This document shows positions 22,419 to 33,089 of a stretch of DNA of 64,000 nucleotides, in pieces. The stretch lies in the NCBI RefSeq assembly GCF_000027125.1, contig NC_017626.1; one strand, written 5' to 3'. Every line of letters starts with the position of its first letter. Position 1 is the stretch's first letter. The position numbers and the translations under genes were made by a program. Below the pieces are notes generated by a model. The model did no database searches, was not told the DNA's origin, and saw only the letters and a program-made list of their open reading frames with translations. This DNA comes from Escherichia coli 042. Lineage in GTDB: Bacteria; Pseudomonadota; Gammaproteobacteria; Enterobacterales; Enterobacteriaceae.

Positions 22419-23834
22419 TTACTGCTGGTTTTCGCGTTCAGCAATAAAAGCCAGCGCTTTGTTGATACGCTCGATACTGCGGGTCTTACCGATTGCGTGA
22501 ACAGTAACATCCAGCGCCGGAGACTGCCCCGCACCGGTTACGGCGACACGCAGCGGCATACCAACTTTACCCATACCCACTTCCAGCTCATCCGCCGTCG
22601 CCTGAATAGCGTGATGAACGTTTTCAGCGGTCCAGTCAGTAATCGCAGTCAGTTTGTCACGAACCACTTCCAGCGGCTGACGCGCTACTGGGCGCAGATG
22701 TTTTTTCGCGGCGTCGGCATCGAACTCAGCAAAATCTTCGTAGAAATAGCGGCAGCTCTGTGCCATCTCTTTCAGCGTCTTGCAGCGTTCACCCAGCAGT
22801 TTCACTAGATCAGCCAGCTGCGGGCCGTTACGGGTATCGATATTTTCCTGCTCAATGTGCCACTGTAAGTGAGTAGCAACATACTCCGGCGGCAGCGCGT
22901 TAATGTAGTGATGGTTCAGCCACAGCAGCTTGTCGGTGTTGAACGCACTGGCAGATTTGCTGACGGCATTCAGAGTGAAGTATTTGATCATCTCTTCACG
23001 AGTGAAGATTTCCTGATCGCCGTGGGACCAGCCCAGACGCACCAGATAGTTCAGCAGTGCTTCTGGCAGATAACCGTCATCACGATACTGCATTACGCTG
23101 ACCGCCCCGTGACGTTTGGACAGTTTTTTACCGTCATCGCCGTTGATCATAGAAACGTGTGCGTAAACCGGTACCGGCGCTTTCAGAGCCTTAAGAATGT
23201 TGATCTGGCGCGGTGTGTTGTTGATATGGTCTTCGCCACGGATAACGTGGGTGATTTCCATATCCCAGTCATCGACAACCACACAGAAGTTATAGGTTGG
23301 GGAACCATCGGTACGGCGAATGATCAGATCATCCAGTTCCTGGTTGCTGAACTCGATCGGACCACGGATCTGATCGTCAAAAACAACAGAACCTTCCTGC
23401 GGGTTAGCAAAACGTACAACGCACGGTTCATCATCAGCATGATGATCATGGCTGTGGCGGCAGCGACCGTCATAACGCGGCTTCTCACCTTTCGCCATTT
23501 GCTCTTCGCGCAGCGCTTCCAGGCGCTCTTTAGAACAATAGCATTTATAAGCTGTGCCCTCTTCCAGCATCTGATCGATCACCGCGTTGTAGCGATCAAA
23601 ACGTTTGGTCTGGTAGTACGGACCTTCATCCCACTCCAGGCTCAGCCAGTTCATGCCATCCATAATGGCTTCGATAGCTTCCGGCGTGGAACGCTCAAGA
23701 TCGGTGTCTTCAATACGCAGCACGAACTCACCGCCGTGGTTACGTGCAAAAAGCCAGGAGTAAAGAGCAGTACGCGCGCCGCCAACGTGCAGATAGCCTG
23801 TTGGGCTTGGCGCGAAGCGAGTTTTGATTTTCAT
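22419..23834 (-). CDS. gltX: Glutamyl-tRNA synthetase
   Basis: 471 aa with HVGG (HIGH) and KLSKR (KMSKS) motifs. Recognised as GltX. Confidence 0.97.
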   Translation of the reverse strand: MKIKTRFAPSPTGYLHVGGARTALYSWLFARNHGGEFVLRIEDTDLERSTPEAIEAIMDGMNWLSLEWDEGPYYQTKRFDRYNAVIDQMLEEGTAYKCYCSKERLEALREEQMAKGEKPRYDGRCRHSHDHHADDEPCVVRFANPQEGSVVFDDQIRGPIEFSNQELDDLIIRRTDGSPTYNFCVVVDDWDMEITHVIRGEDHINNTPRQINILKALKAPVPVYAHVSMINGDDGKKLSKRHGAVSVMQYRDDGYLPEALLNYLVRLGWSHGDQEIFTREEMIKYFTLNAVSKSASAFNTDKLLWLNHHYINALPPEYVATHLQWHIEQENIDTRNGPQLADLVKLLGERCKTLKEMAQSCRYFYEDFAEFDADAAKKHLRPVARQPLEVVRDKLTAITDWTAENVHHAIQATADELEVGMGKVGMPLRVAVTGAGQSPALDVTVHAIGKTRSIERINKALAFIAERENQQ

Positions 23835-24047
23835 GAAATGGCCTTACGTTTAGAAAGATGCCGACAACCGGCAAATCCTGGAAAAATTGAGTGGGCGATA
23901 TTCTATCACTCCCGCCTGATTCCTCAATGTAGTTCGGGTTGCAACCTTACGCATTATTGTTTTCGTTGACAAATTGCGCAACACGGTCTGTTTTGCGATC
24001 ATCTTGCTTAAATTTACGACGAACGAACAATTTCTTTAGAAAATGCG

Positions 24048-24075
24048 TTGACTCATTTTGAACTCTCCCTATAAT
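24048..24075 (+). promoter_or_regulatory. sigma70 promoter of the valU-valX-valY-lysV operon
   Basis: TTGACT-16 nt-TATAAT followed by a GC-rich discriminator, 17 nt upstream of mature valU. Confidence 0.75.
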
Positions 24076-24092
24076 GCGACTCCACACAGCGG

Positions 24093-24168
24093 GGGTGATT
24101 AGCTCAGCTGGGAGAGCACCTCCCTTACAAGGAGGGGGTCGGCGGTTCGATCCCGTCATCACCCACCA
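24093..24168 (+). tRNA. valU: tRNA-Val (UAC)
   Basis: GGGTGATTAGCTCAGCTGGGAGAGCACCTCCCTTACAAGGAGG...CACCCACCA, 76 nt, with anticodon TAC. Confidence 0.97.
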
Positions 24169-24212
24169 ACTACTTTATGTAGTCTCCGCCGTGTAGCAAG
24201 AAATTGAGAAGT

Positions 24213-24288
24213 GGGTGATTAGCTCAGCTGGGAGAGCACCTCCCTTACAAGGAGGGGGTCGGCGGTTCGATCCCGTCATCACCCACCA
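24213..24288 (+). tRNA. valX: tRNA-Val (UAC)
   Basis: Identical 76-nt copy. Confidence 0.97.
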
Positions 24289-24334
24289 CTTTCTCGCCAG
24301 CTAAATTTCTTGTAACAATGTGAAGTACCGAAGT

Positions 24335-24410
24335 GGGTGATTAGCTCAGCTGGGAGAGCACCTCCCTTACAAGGAGGGGGTCGGCGGTTCGATCCCGTCA
24401 TCACCCACCA
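24335..24410 (+). tRNA. valY: tRNA-Val (UAC)
   Basis: Identical 76-nt copy. Confidence 0.97.
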
Positions 24411-24414
24411 CTTC

Positions 24415-24490
24415 GGGTCGTTAGCTCAGTTGGTAGAGCAGTTGACTTTTAATCAATTGGTCGCAGGTTCGAATCCTGCACGACCCACCA
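24415..24490 (+). tRNA. lysV: tRNA-Lys (UUU)
   Basis: GGGTCGTTAGCTCAGTTGGTAGAGCAGTTGACTTTTAATCAATTGG...CGACCCACCA, 76 nt, starting 4 nt after valY. Confidence 0.97.
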
Positions 24491-24494
24491 ATGT

Positions 24495-24521
24495 AAAAAA
24501 GCGCCCTAAAGGCGCTTTTTT
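24495..24521 (+). terminator. Terminator of the val-lys tRNA operon
   Basis: aaaaaagcgcc-ctaaa-ggcgctttttt. Confidence 0.88.
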
Positions 24522-24554
24522 GCTATATGCGGTTTGTAAGATTGATTTTTCTTC

Positions 24555-24581
24555 TCAAGTTCCTTGTTCTTCTGCCGATAT
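24555..24581 (+). promoter_or_regulatory. Candidate sigma28 (FliA) promoter
   Basis: TCAAGTTC-11 nt-GCCGATAT compared with the consensus TAAAGTTT-N11-GCCGATAA. The -35 matches 6 of 8 and the -10 matches 7 of 8, with exact spacing. It lies 28 nt upstream of the FlxA-like ATG. Confidence 0.6.
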
Positions 24582-24609
24582 TACCTCGTACAGTGACGAG
24601 GACTGAACA

Positions 24610-24951
24610 ATGGCCACTATCTCTCCAACTTCAATTCCTTCCATACAAACACAGAGTAGTAACAGGGCATCAGAAGGTAGCGATGTTGCTTCACAAATTG
24701 CGCGGATAAGTCAGCAAATCATCAAACTCACTCAACAAATTAAAGAGATTGCAGACACTAGCGGCAGTGCTGAAGACAAGCAAAAACAGGCCGAATTGAT
24801 TCAGCAGCAAATCACCCTACTGGAAACACAACTGGCGCAGTTGCAAAGACAGCAGGCAGAAAAAGCGCAGGAGAAAGAGCAGCGTTTGTCTCTGAATGCA
24901 TCCCTTCCAAATCCTGTTGAAAAAACGACTCAGATCGATATCTATATCTGA
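24610..24951 (+). CDS. FlxA-like glutamine-rich coiled-coil protein (strain-specific)
   Basis: 113-aa ORF with a GAGGA SD 7 nt upstream. It has an S/T/Q-rich N-terminus, heptad-like [13 protein letters not shown]…[28 protein letters not shown] and the C-terminal motif QIDIYI. As I recall, this resembles the FlxA family (PF14282). It is absent from this position in K-12. Confidence 0.6.
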   Translation: MATISPTSIPSIQTQSSNRASEGSDVASQIARISQQIIKLTQQIKEIADTSGSAEDKQKQAELIQQQITLLETQLAQLQRQQAEKAQEKEQRLSLNASLPNPVEKTTQIDIYI

Positions 24952-25868
24952 TACAGCGGATCCCCTTCCCGCCCAGCCATTAGAGCACGGCCCTGGCCTC
25001 GTACCACGTCCCATAACGCTTGTGCGGCGGTGGAAAGTGAACGGTTCTTCCTGCGCACCAGCATCAACTGGCGTTCCACCACCGGCGTAATGCGCTTTAC
25101 CACCAGCGGGCTACCTTCAGGTAACGGCAGCGCCAGTGCGGGAAGAATACTAATGCCGATGCCTGCGGCTACCATCGGGAACAGCGTCGCCGGATGTCCA
25201 ATCTCCTGCACAATATTCGCCTGAATACCATTGCGCGCCAGCGCTGCGTCAATCAGCGGTCGGCTGCCTGACGCGTAATCCTGCAACACCAATTTCGCTC
25301 CCTGTAATGCCTGCCAGGGTACATAATCTTCCGCGGCCAAAGCGCTATCGCGATGGCAAAGCAAGAAGAAAGGCTCGGAAAGAATCGCTTCACATTGCAG
25401 ATCGCCCACTGGGCCTGGATCGATGACGATGCCAAAATCGACATCTCCCTGGCGAATACTTTCCATCACCCACTGCTGCGGACGATCGTGCAGGATAAAC
25501 TGAATATCTGGATAGCGGCGATGGCTTTCAGCAATGCATTGCGGAATAAGATGCGCGGAAATGGTCTGGCTGGCAGCGACCCGAACTTTTCCGCTCAGTT
25601 GTTGCCCCATACGCCCGGTATCGCGCAACGTGCTGTTAAGTTCATCCAGCAGTCGCTCAAGACGCAAAGCCAACTGCTGCCCTGCATCTGTAAGCACCAC
25701 TTCACGCGTGGTTCTGTCCAGCAGGCGAACACCAGTATGATTTTCCAGCTCCTTCACACTGTGACTTACTGCCGACTGACTCAGGCCGATACGCTCTCCT
25801 GCACGACTAAAACTTTTCTCCTGCGCTACTGTGACGAAAACCTTTAATTGTTTTAAAGAATAATTCAT
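24942..25868 (-). CDS. yfeR: LysR-family transcriptional regulator
   Basis: 308 aa with an N-terminal wHTH ([23 protein letters not shown]). Matches YfeR and is divergent from yfeH. Confidence 0.92.
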   Translation of the reverse strand: MNYSLKQLKVFVTVAQEKSFSRAGERIGLSQSAVSHSVKELENHTGVRLLDRTTREVVLTDAGQQLALRLERLLDELNSTLRDTGRMGQQLSGKVRVAASQTISAHLIPQCIAESHRRYPDIQFILHDRPQQWVMESIRQGDVDFGIVIDPGPVGDLQCEAILSEPFFLLCHRDSALAAEDYVPWQALQGAKLVLQDYASGSRPLIDAALARNGIQANIVQEIGHPATLFPMVAAGIGISILPALALPLPEGSPLVVKRITPVVERQLMLVRRKNRSLSTAAQALWDVVRGQGRALMAGREGDPLYQI

Positions 25869-25957
25869 CTGTTTTATTCATGAATGGATGCAATAAATCA
25901 ATTTTATTTCTCAAACTGGAAGAAGCACAATAGAACCATCGATCATCTGGAGTCTTT

Positions 25958-26956
25958 ATGAAACTTTTTCGTATCCTCGATCCTTTCACCTTAACCCTGA
26001 TCACGGTGGTGTTGCTGGCCTCTTTCTTTCCGGCCAGAGGCGATTTCGTCCCCTTCTTTGAAAATCTGACCACTGCAGCTATTGCCCTGCTGTTCTTTAT
26101 GCACGGCGCGAAGTTGTCGCGTGAGGCGATTATTGCTGGCGGTGGGCACTGGCGACTGCATTTGTGGGTAATGTGCAGCACCTTCGTATTGTTTCCGATT
26201 CTGGGCGTGCTGTTTGCCTGGTGGAAACCGGTAAATGTCGACCCGATGCTCTACTCCGGTTTTCTCTACTTGTGCATTCTCCCCGCTACCGTGCAGTCTG
26301 CAATCGCCTTTACTTCAATGGCGGGCGGTAACGTCGCGGCAGCGGTTTGTTCTGCGTCAGCATCCAGCCTGTTGGGGATTTTCCTTTCACCATTGCTGGT
26401 TGGTCTGGTGATGAATGTTCACGGTGCAGGGGGCAGCCTTGAGCAGGTCGGTAAAATTATGCTGCAACTGCTGCTGCCGTTTGTGTTGGGGCATCTTTCC
26501 CGGCCGTGGATTGGTGACTGGGTGTCGCGCAATAAAAAATGGATTGCGAAAACTGACCAGACGTCCATTCTGTTGGTGGTTTATACAGCGTTCAGCGAAG
26601 CCGTCGTTAATGGTATCTGGCATAAAGTTGGCTGGGGATCATTGCTGTTTATCGTGGTGGTCAGCTGCGTTCTTCTGGCTATCGTGATCGTAGTTAACGT
26701 CTTTATGGCACGCCGACTGGGCTTCAATAAGGCAGATGAAATTACTATCGTCTTTTGTGGTTCGAAAAAGAGTCTGGCAAATGGCATCCCGATGGCAAAC
26801 ATTCTTTTCCCCACATCGGTGATCGGTATGATGGTGCTGCCTCTGATGATTTTCCATCAGATCCAATTGATGGTCTGTGCGGTGCTGGCGCGTCGATACA
26901 AACACCAGACCGAACAGTTACAGGCGCAGCAGGAAAGCCGCGCCAATAAAGCTTAA
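25958..26956 (+). CDS. yfeH: BASS/ACR3-like membrane transporter
   Basis: 332-aa polytopic membrane protein. Matches YfeH. Confidence 0.9.
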   Translation: MKLFRILDPFTLTLITVVLLASFFPARGDFVPFFENLTTAAIALLFFMHGAKLSREAIIAGGGHWRLHLWVMCSTFVLFPILGVLFAWWKPVNVDPMLYSGFLYLCILPATVQSAIAFTSMAGGNVAAAVCSASASSLLGIFLSPLLVGLVMNVHGAGGSLEQVGKIMLQLLLPFVLGHLSRPWIGDWVSRNKKWIAKTDQTSILLVVYTAFSEAVVNGIWHKVGWGSLLFIVVVSCVLLAIVIVVNVFMARRLGFNKADEITIVFCGSKKSLANGIPMANILFPTSVIGMMVLPLMIFHQIQLMVCAVLARRYKHQTEQLQAQQESRANKA

Positions 26957-27171
26957 AGAGGACGCTTCAGGGGCTGGACCAGTTGCGTCAGCCCCTCAGT
27001 TTTAATCAGCAGCGTGATTTGCATTAGCTCACCGAGCTTCCCTGCCGGGAACTCATCTTTGCGGGCAAACCACAGAAGATACTCCTCCGGCAGGTCGATT
27101 AAGCGACGCCCTTTGTATTTGCCAAACGGCATTATCGTATTGGCTATTTCAATCAGCTGCTCTTTTTCCAT
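26953..27171 (-). CDS. ypeB: DUF3820 small protein
   Basis: 72 aa from ATG 27171 (MEKEQLIEIANTIMPFGKYKGRRL...), starting 1 nt after the ligA stop. The 103-aa ORF-track extension overlaps ligA and is rejected. Confidence 0.85.
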   Translation of the reverse strand: MEKEQLIEIANTIMPFGKYKGRRLIDLPEEYLLWFARKDEFPAGKLGELMQITLLIKTEGLTQLVQPLKRPL

Positions 27172-27172
27172 C

Positions 27173-29197
<2,025 letters not shown>

Positions 29198-29205
29198 TCA
29201 ATGCT

Positions 29206-29229
29206 AAAAACCCCCGACAAGCGGGGGTT
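29206..29229 (-). terminator. Hairpin between zipA and ligA (terminator/attenuator-like)
   Basis: On the minus strand, cccccg-cttgt-cggggg is followed by ttttt, lying between the zipA stop and the ligA start. Confidence 0.5.
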
Positions 29230-29258
29230 CGAAGAGGAGTTAATTTGCCTTAAGTGTA

Positions 29259-30257
29259 TCAGGCGTTGGCGTCTTTGACTTCGCGGATGATGTCCTGGTA
29301 CTCGCGCAATTTCTGCGGAGTCATCATACGGCGCTGATCGTCAAGCACTACACCGCCCACTTCATCGGCAATATGCTGCGCAGATTGCAGCATCAGCTTG
29401 AAGTTCTGCAGCTCGTCACCGTAAGACGGTACCTGCATAAAGATAGTGACACCCGGAGTAGTGAAATCCTTCATTTCAGGATCAAAGGTTCCCGGTTTCA
29501 CCATATTCGCCAGGCTGAATAACGCCGGGCCGCTGCCATCCGGGCTAAGATGACGATGGTAAATATTCATATCGCCAAAAATGAAGCCCGCTTGTTGAAT
29601 GCTGTTAAGAAGCAGTTCACCGTTTAGCTCGCTACCGTGATGCGCCGCGACGTTCATGATAATCACCGCTTCTTTGCGCTTCGGTTTATCCATAACTGGA
29701 GCCGGTTCCGCTACAGGCTCAGGCTGTGGTGCCGCTACAGGCTCTGCAGGCTGGAAAGCCTGTTGTGCCGGTTGCGGTGCTGAATGCACTGGCTGCGGCG
29801 CTGATGCGACCTTTGGCGAAACTGGCTGCTGCAACGGCTGTTCAGGCTGCGGCTGATAGGCAGGCTGCTGCACGGGTTGCTGCACCGGCTGCGCTGGACG
29901 CGGAGCATGTTGCGGCGGTACCTGCGCTTCAGGCGGCGGCTGGACCGGTTGACGCGGCTGCGCAGACGCATAAGGCGGTTGGTACTGGTGTTGCGGCGAC
30001 GGACGAGCAGCCTCATGCTCCTGGGCGTTAGCCGGGGCATGATTCACGCGGTGAACACGAACCTCACCAACGCCCTCATCATCTTCGACATCCTCGTCAT
30101 AAGAATCGTCGTCACGTTTTGACTTCATTCGTTTTAGTGGCCGATCGCGGAACATAGAAGATCGTTCTTTACGGCTGGTCCAGAAACCATGTACCAGTAA
30201 AGCGATTATGGCGATCGCGCCAACAATGATTAATATCAGACGCAAATCCTGCATCAT
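29259..30257 (-). CDS. zipA: Cell division protein ZipA
   Basis: 332 aa from ATG 30257 ([22 protein letters not shown]...). It has an N-terminal TM helix, a charged region, a P/Q-rich linker and a C-terminal FtsZ-binding domain. The ORF-track start at 30308 is rejected. Confidence 0.94.
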   Translation of the reverse strand: MMQDLRLILIIVGAIAIIALLVHGFWTSRKERSSMFRDRPLKRMKSKRDDDSYDEDVEDDEGVGEVRVHRVNHAPANAQEHEAARPSPQHQYQPPYASAQPRQPVQPPPEAQVPPQHAPRPAQPVQQPVQQPAYQPQPEQPLQQPVSPKVASAPQPVHSAPQPAQQAFQPAEPVAAPQPEPVAEPAPVMDKPKRKEAVIIMNVAAHHGSELNGELLLNSIQQAGFIFGDMNIYHRHLSPDGSGPALFSLANMVKPGTFDPEMKDFTTPGVTIFMQVPSYGDELQNFKLMLQSAQHIADEVGGVVLDDQRRMMTPQKLREYQDIIREVKDANA

Positions 30258-30486
30258 TATATTCTCTGTTGTTCTAACACCTTGCCACCACGGCAAACAT
30301 TTACTCACTAAGAGTATTTGCCGATTACCTCAAGTGCAAGTGCACTATTAACTTTCACAGCACAAAGATAGATGAAATCGTGCTTTTTGCTGTTTTTTCG
30401 AACATATCCTAACTGTCCATTGCGCAATTACCCGGTAAAATACGCAGAATTTTCCTGGGATTGGTCAAAAGGAGCTCATCCTGATT

Positions 30487-31248
30487 ATGGTTTCATCATT
30501 CACATCTGCCCCACGCAGCGGTTTTTACTATTTTGCGCAAGGCTGGAAGCTCGTCTCGCAACCTGGGATTCGGCGTTTCGTTATTTTACCGCTGCTGGTC
30601 AATATTTTGTTGATGGGGGGCGCATTCTGGTGGCTCTTTACGCAACTCGATGTCTGGATCCCGACTCTCATGAGTTATGTTCCGGACTGGTTACAATGGC
30701 TGAGCTATCTGTTGTGGCCTCTGGCAGTCATCTCCGTGCTGTTAGTGTTTGGCTATTTCTTCTCAACGATTGCTAACTGGATTGCCGCTCCGTTTAACGG
30801 TTTATTGGCTGAACAACTGGAAGCACGATTGACTGGCGCTACACCGCCAGATACCGGGATTTTCGGTATCATGAAAGATGTGCCGCGAATCATGAAACGC
30901 GAATGGCAAAAATTTGCCTGGTATCTGCCGCGCGCAATTGTATTACTAATTCTTTACTTCATCCCTGGTATTGGGCAAACCGTCGCGCCGGTACTGTGGT
31001 TCCTGTTTAGCGCCTGGATGTTAGCCATCCAGTATTGCGATTACCCCTTCGATAACCACAAAGTGCCGTTTAAAGAGATGCGCACCGCCCTGCGCACACG
31101 CAAAATCACCAATATGCAGTTTGGTGCTTTAACCAGCCTGTTTACGATGATCCCGCTGCTTAATCTGTTCATCATGCCCGTTGCCGTTTGTGGTGCGACG
31201 GCGATGTGGGTCGATTGCTATCGCGATAAACACGCGATGTGGCGGTAA
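30487..31248 (+). CDS. cysZ: Sulfate transporter CysZ
   Basis: 253-aa membrane protein recognised as CysZ. Confidence 0.93.
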
Positions 31249-31286
31249 CAATCTACCGGTTATTTTGTAAACCGCTTGTGTGAAAC

Positions 31287-31308
31287 AGGGGTGGCTTATG
31301 CCGCCCCT
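31287..31308 (+). terminator. Candidate terminator after cysZ
   Basis: aggggtggc-ttat-gccgcccct stem with one G.U pair, followed by a weakly T-rich tract. Confidence 0.45.
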
Positions 31309-31432
31309 TATTCCATCTTGCATGTCATTATTTCCCTTCTGCATATAGATATGCTAAATCCTTACTTCCGCATATTCTCTGAGCGGGTATGCTAGCTGTT
31401 GTATCCCAATTTCATACAGTTAAGGACAGGCC

Positions 31433-32404
31433 ATGAGTAAGATTTTTGAAGATAACTCGCTGACTATCGGTCACACGCCGCTGGTTCGCCTGAATCGCAT
31501 CGGTAACGGACGCATTCTGGCGAAGGTGGAATCTCGTAACCCCAGCTTCAGCGTTAAGTGCCGTATCGGTGCCAACATGATTTGGGATGCCGAAAAGCGC
31601 GGCGTGCTGAAACCAGGCGTTGAACTGGTTGAACCAACCAGCGGTAATACCGGGATTGCACTGGCCTATGTCGCTGCCGCTCGCGGTTACAAACTCACCC
31701 TGACCATGCCAGAAACCATGAGTATTGAACGCCGCAAGCTGCTGAAAGCGTTAGGTGCAAACCTGGTGCTGACCGAAGGTGCTAAAGGCATGAAAGGCGC
31801 AATCCAAAAAGCAGAAGAAATTGTCGCCAGCAATCCAGAGAAATACCTGCTGCTGCAACAATTCAGCAATCCGGCAAACCCTGAAATTCACGAAAAAACC
31901 ACCGGTCCGGAGATCTGGGAAGATACCGACGGTCAGGTTGATGTATTTATTGCTGGCGTTGGGACTGGCGGTACGCTGACCGGCGTCAGCCGCTACATTA
32001 AAGGCACCAAAGGCAAGACCGATCTTATCTCTGTCGCCGTTGAGCCAACCGATTCTCCAGTTATCGCCCAGGCGCTGGCAGGTGAAGAGATTAAACCTGG
32101 CCCGCATAAAATTCAGGGTATTGGCGCTGGTTTTATCCCGGCGAACCTCGATCTCAAGCTGGTCGATAAAGTCATTGGCATCACCAATGAAGAAGCCATT
32201 TCTACCGCGCGTCGTCTGATGGAAGAAGAAGGTATTCTTGCAGGTATCTCTTCTGGAGCAGCTGTTGCTGCGGCGTTGAAACTACAAGAAGATGAAAGCT
32301 TTACCAACAAGAATATTGTGGTTATTCTACCGTCATCGGGTGAGCGTTATTTAAGCACCGCATTGTTTGCCGATCTCTTCACTGAGAAAGAATTGCAACA
32401 GTAA
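31433..32404 (+). CDS. cysK: Cysteine synthase A (O-acetylserine sulfhydrylase A)
   Basis: 323 aa recognised as CysK, with the PLP-Lys motif NPSFSVKCR. Confidence 0.97.
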   Translation: MSKIFEDNSLTIGHTPLVRLNRIGNGRILAKVESRNPSFSVKCRIGANMIWDAEKRGVLKPGVELVEPTSGNTGIALAYVAAARGYKLTLTMPETMSIERRKLLKALGANLVLTEGAKGMKGAIQKAEEIVASNPEKYLLLQQFSNPANPEIHEKTTGPEIWEDTDGQVDVFIAGVGTGGTLTGVSRYIKGTKGKTDLISVAVEPTDSPVIAQALAGEEIKPGPHKIQGIGAGFIPANLDLKLVDKVIGITNEEAISTARRLMEEEGILAGISSGAAVAAALKLQEDESFTNKNIVVILPSSGERYLSTALFADLFTEKELQQ

Positions 32405-32426
32405 TGCCAGCTTGTTAAAAATGCGT

Positions 32427-32454
32427 AAAAAAGCACCTTTTCAGGTGCTTTTTT
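32427..32454 (+). terminator. cysK terminator
   Basis: aaaaaagcacct-tttc-aggtgctttttt. Confidence 0.88.
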
Positions 32455-32524
32455 GTGGCCTGCTTCAAACTTTCGCCCCTCCTGGCATTGATTCAGCCTG
32501 TCGGAACTGGTATTTAACCAGACT

Positions 32525-32549
32525 AATTATTTTGATGCGCGAAATTAAT
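32525..32549. promoter_or_regulatory. Candidate Mlc operator in the ptsH P0 region
   Basis: AATTATTTTGATGCGCGAAATTAAT has AT-rich arms around a central CGCG, as in NagC/Mlc operators. The ptsHI operon is known to be Mlc-controlled. The site is recalled from memory and not verified. Confidence 0.45.
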
Positions 32550-32787
32550 CGTTACAGGAAAAGCCAAAGCTGAATCGATTTTATGATTTGGTTCAATTCT
32601 TCCTTTAGCGGCATAATGTTTAATGACGTACGAAACGTCAGCGGTCAACACCCGCCAGCAATGGACTGTATTGCGCTCTTCGTGCGTCGCGTCTGTTAAA
32701 AACTGGCGCTAACAATACAGGCTAAAGTCGAACCGCCAGGCTAGACTTTAGTTCCACAACACTAAACCTATAAGTTGGGGAAATACA

Positions 32788-33045
32788 ATGTTCCAGCAAG
32801 AAGTTACCATTACCGCTCCGAACGGTCTGCACACCCGCCCTGCTGCCCAGTTTGTAAAAGAAGCTAAGGGCTTCACTTCTGAAATTACTGTGACTTCCAA
32901 CGGCAAAAGCGCCAGCGCGAAAAGCCTGTTTAAACTGCAGACTCTGGGCCTGACTCAAGGTACCGTTGTGACTATCTCCGCAGAAGGCGAAGACGAGCAG
33001 AAAGCGGTTGAACATCTGGTTAAACTGATGGCGGAACTCGAGTAA
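32788..33045 (+). CDS. ptsH: PTS phosphocarrier protein HPr
   Basis: 85 aa, [27 protein letters not shown]... Confidence 0.98.
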
Positions 33046-33089
33046 TTTCCCGGGTTCTTTTAAAAATCAGTCACAAGTAAGGTAGGGTT

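Noticed and set aside
22869-23969. 366-aa ORF on the plus strand, antisense to gltX. It is the longest unexplained ORF in the track.
   Set aside because: It is fully contained within and opposite the well-supported gltX frame. It has no SD, no recognisable domain and an odd composition (many R, F, V, H and Q). This is a typical shadow ORF generated by the codon bias of the real gene.
24491-24609. Possibility of an integrated mobile element or prophage at lysV or alaX. I looked for an integrase, att-like repeats of the tRNA 3' end, and IS ends.
   Set aside because: There is no integrase or transposase ORF anywhere in the window. The only similarity to the lysV 3' end downstream is a 7-mer (aatcctg at about 24908), which is not significant.
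29656-30122. Ala/Gly/Cys- or Arg-rich ORFs in alternative frames over the zipA linker (29656-29856, 29726-30031, 29735-30040, 29877-30122).
   Set aside because: These are a by-product of the CCG/CAG-rich P/Q linker sequence of zipA, which is stop-free in several frames.
30372-30776. 134-aa ORF overlapping the cysZ start region.
   Set aside because: It is out of frame with cysZ, overlaps it, and has no SD or recognisable fold. cysZ explains the region.
32623-32639. Small hairpin tgacgt-acgaa-acgtca in the ptsH upstream region.
   Set aside because: It is only a 6-bp stem with no adjacent U-run and no known role. This is too weak to call.
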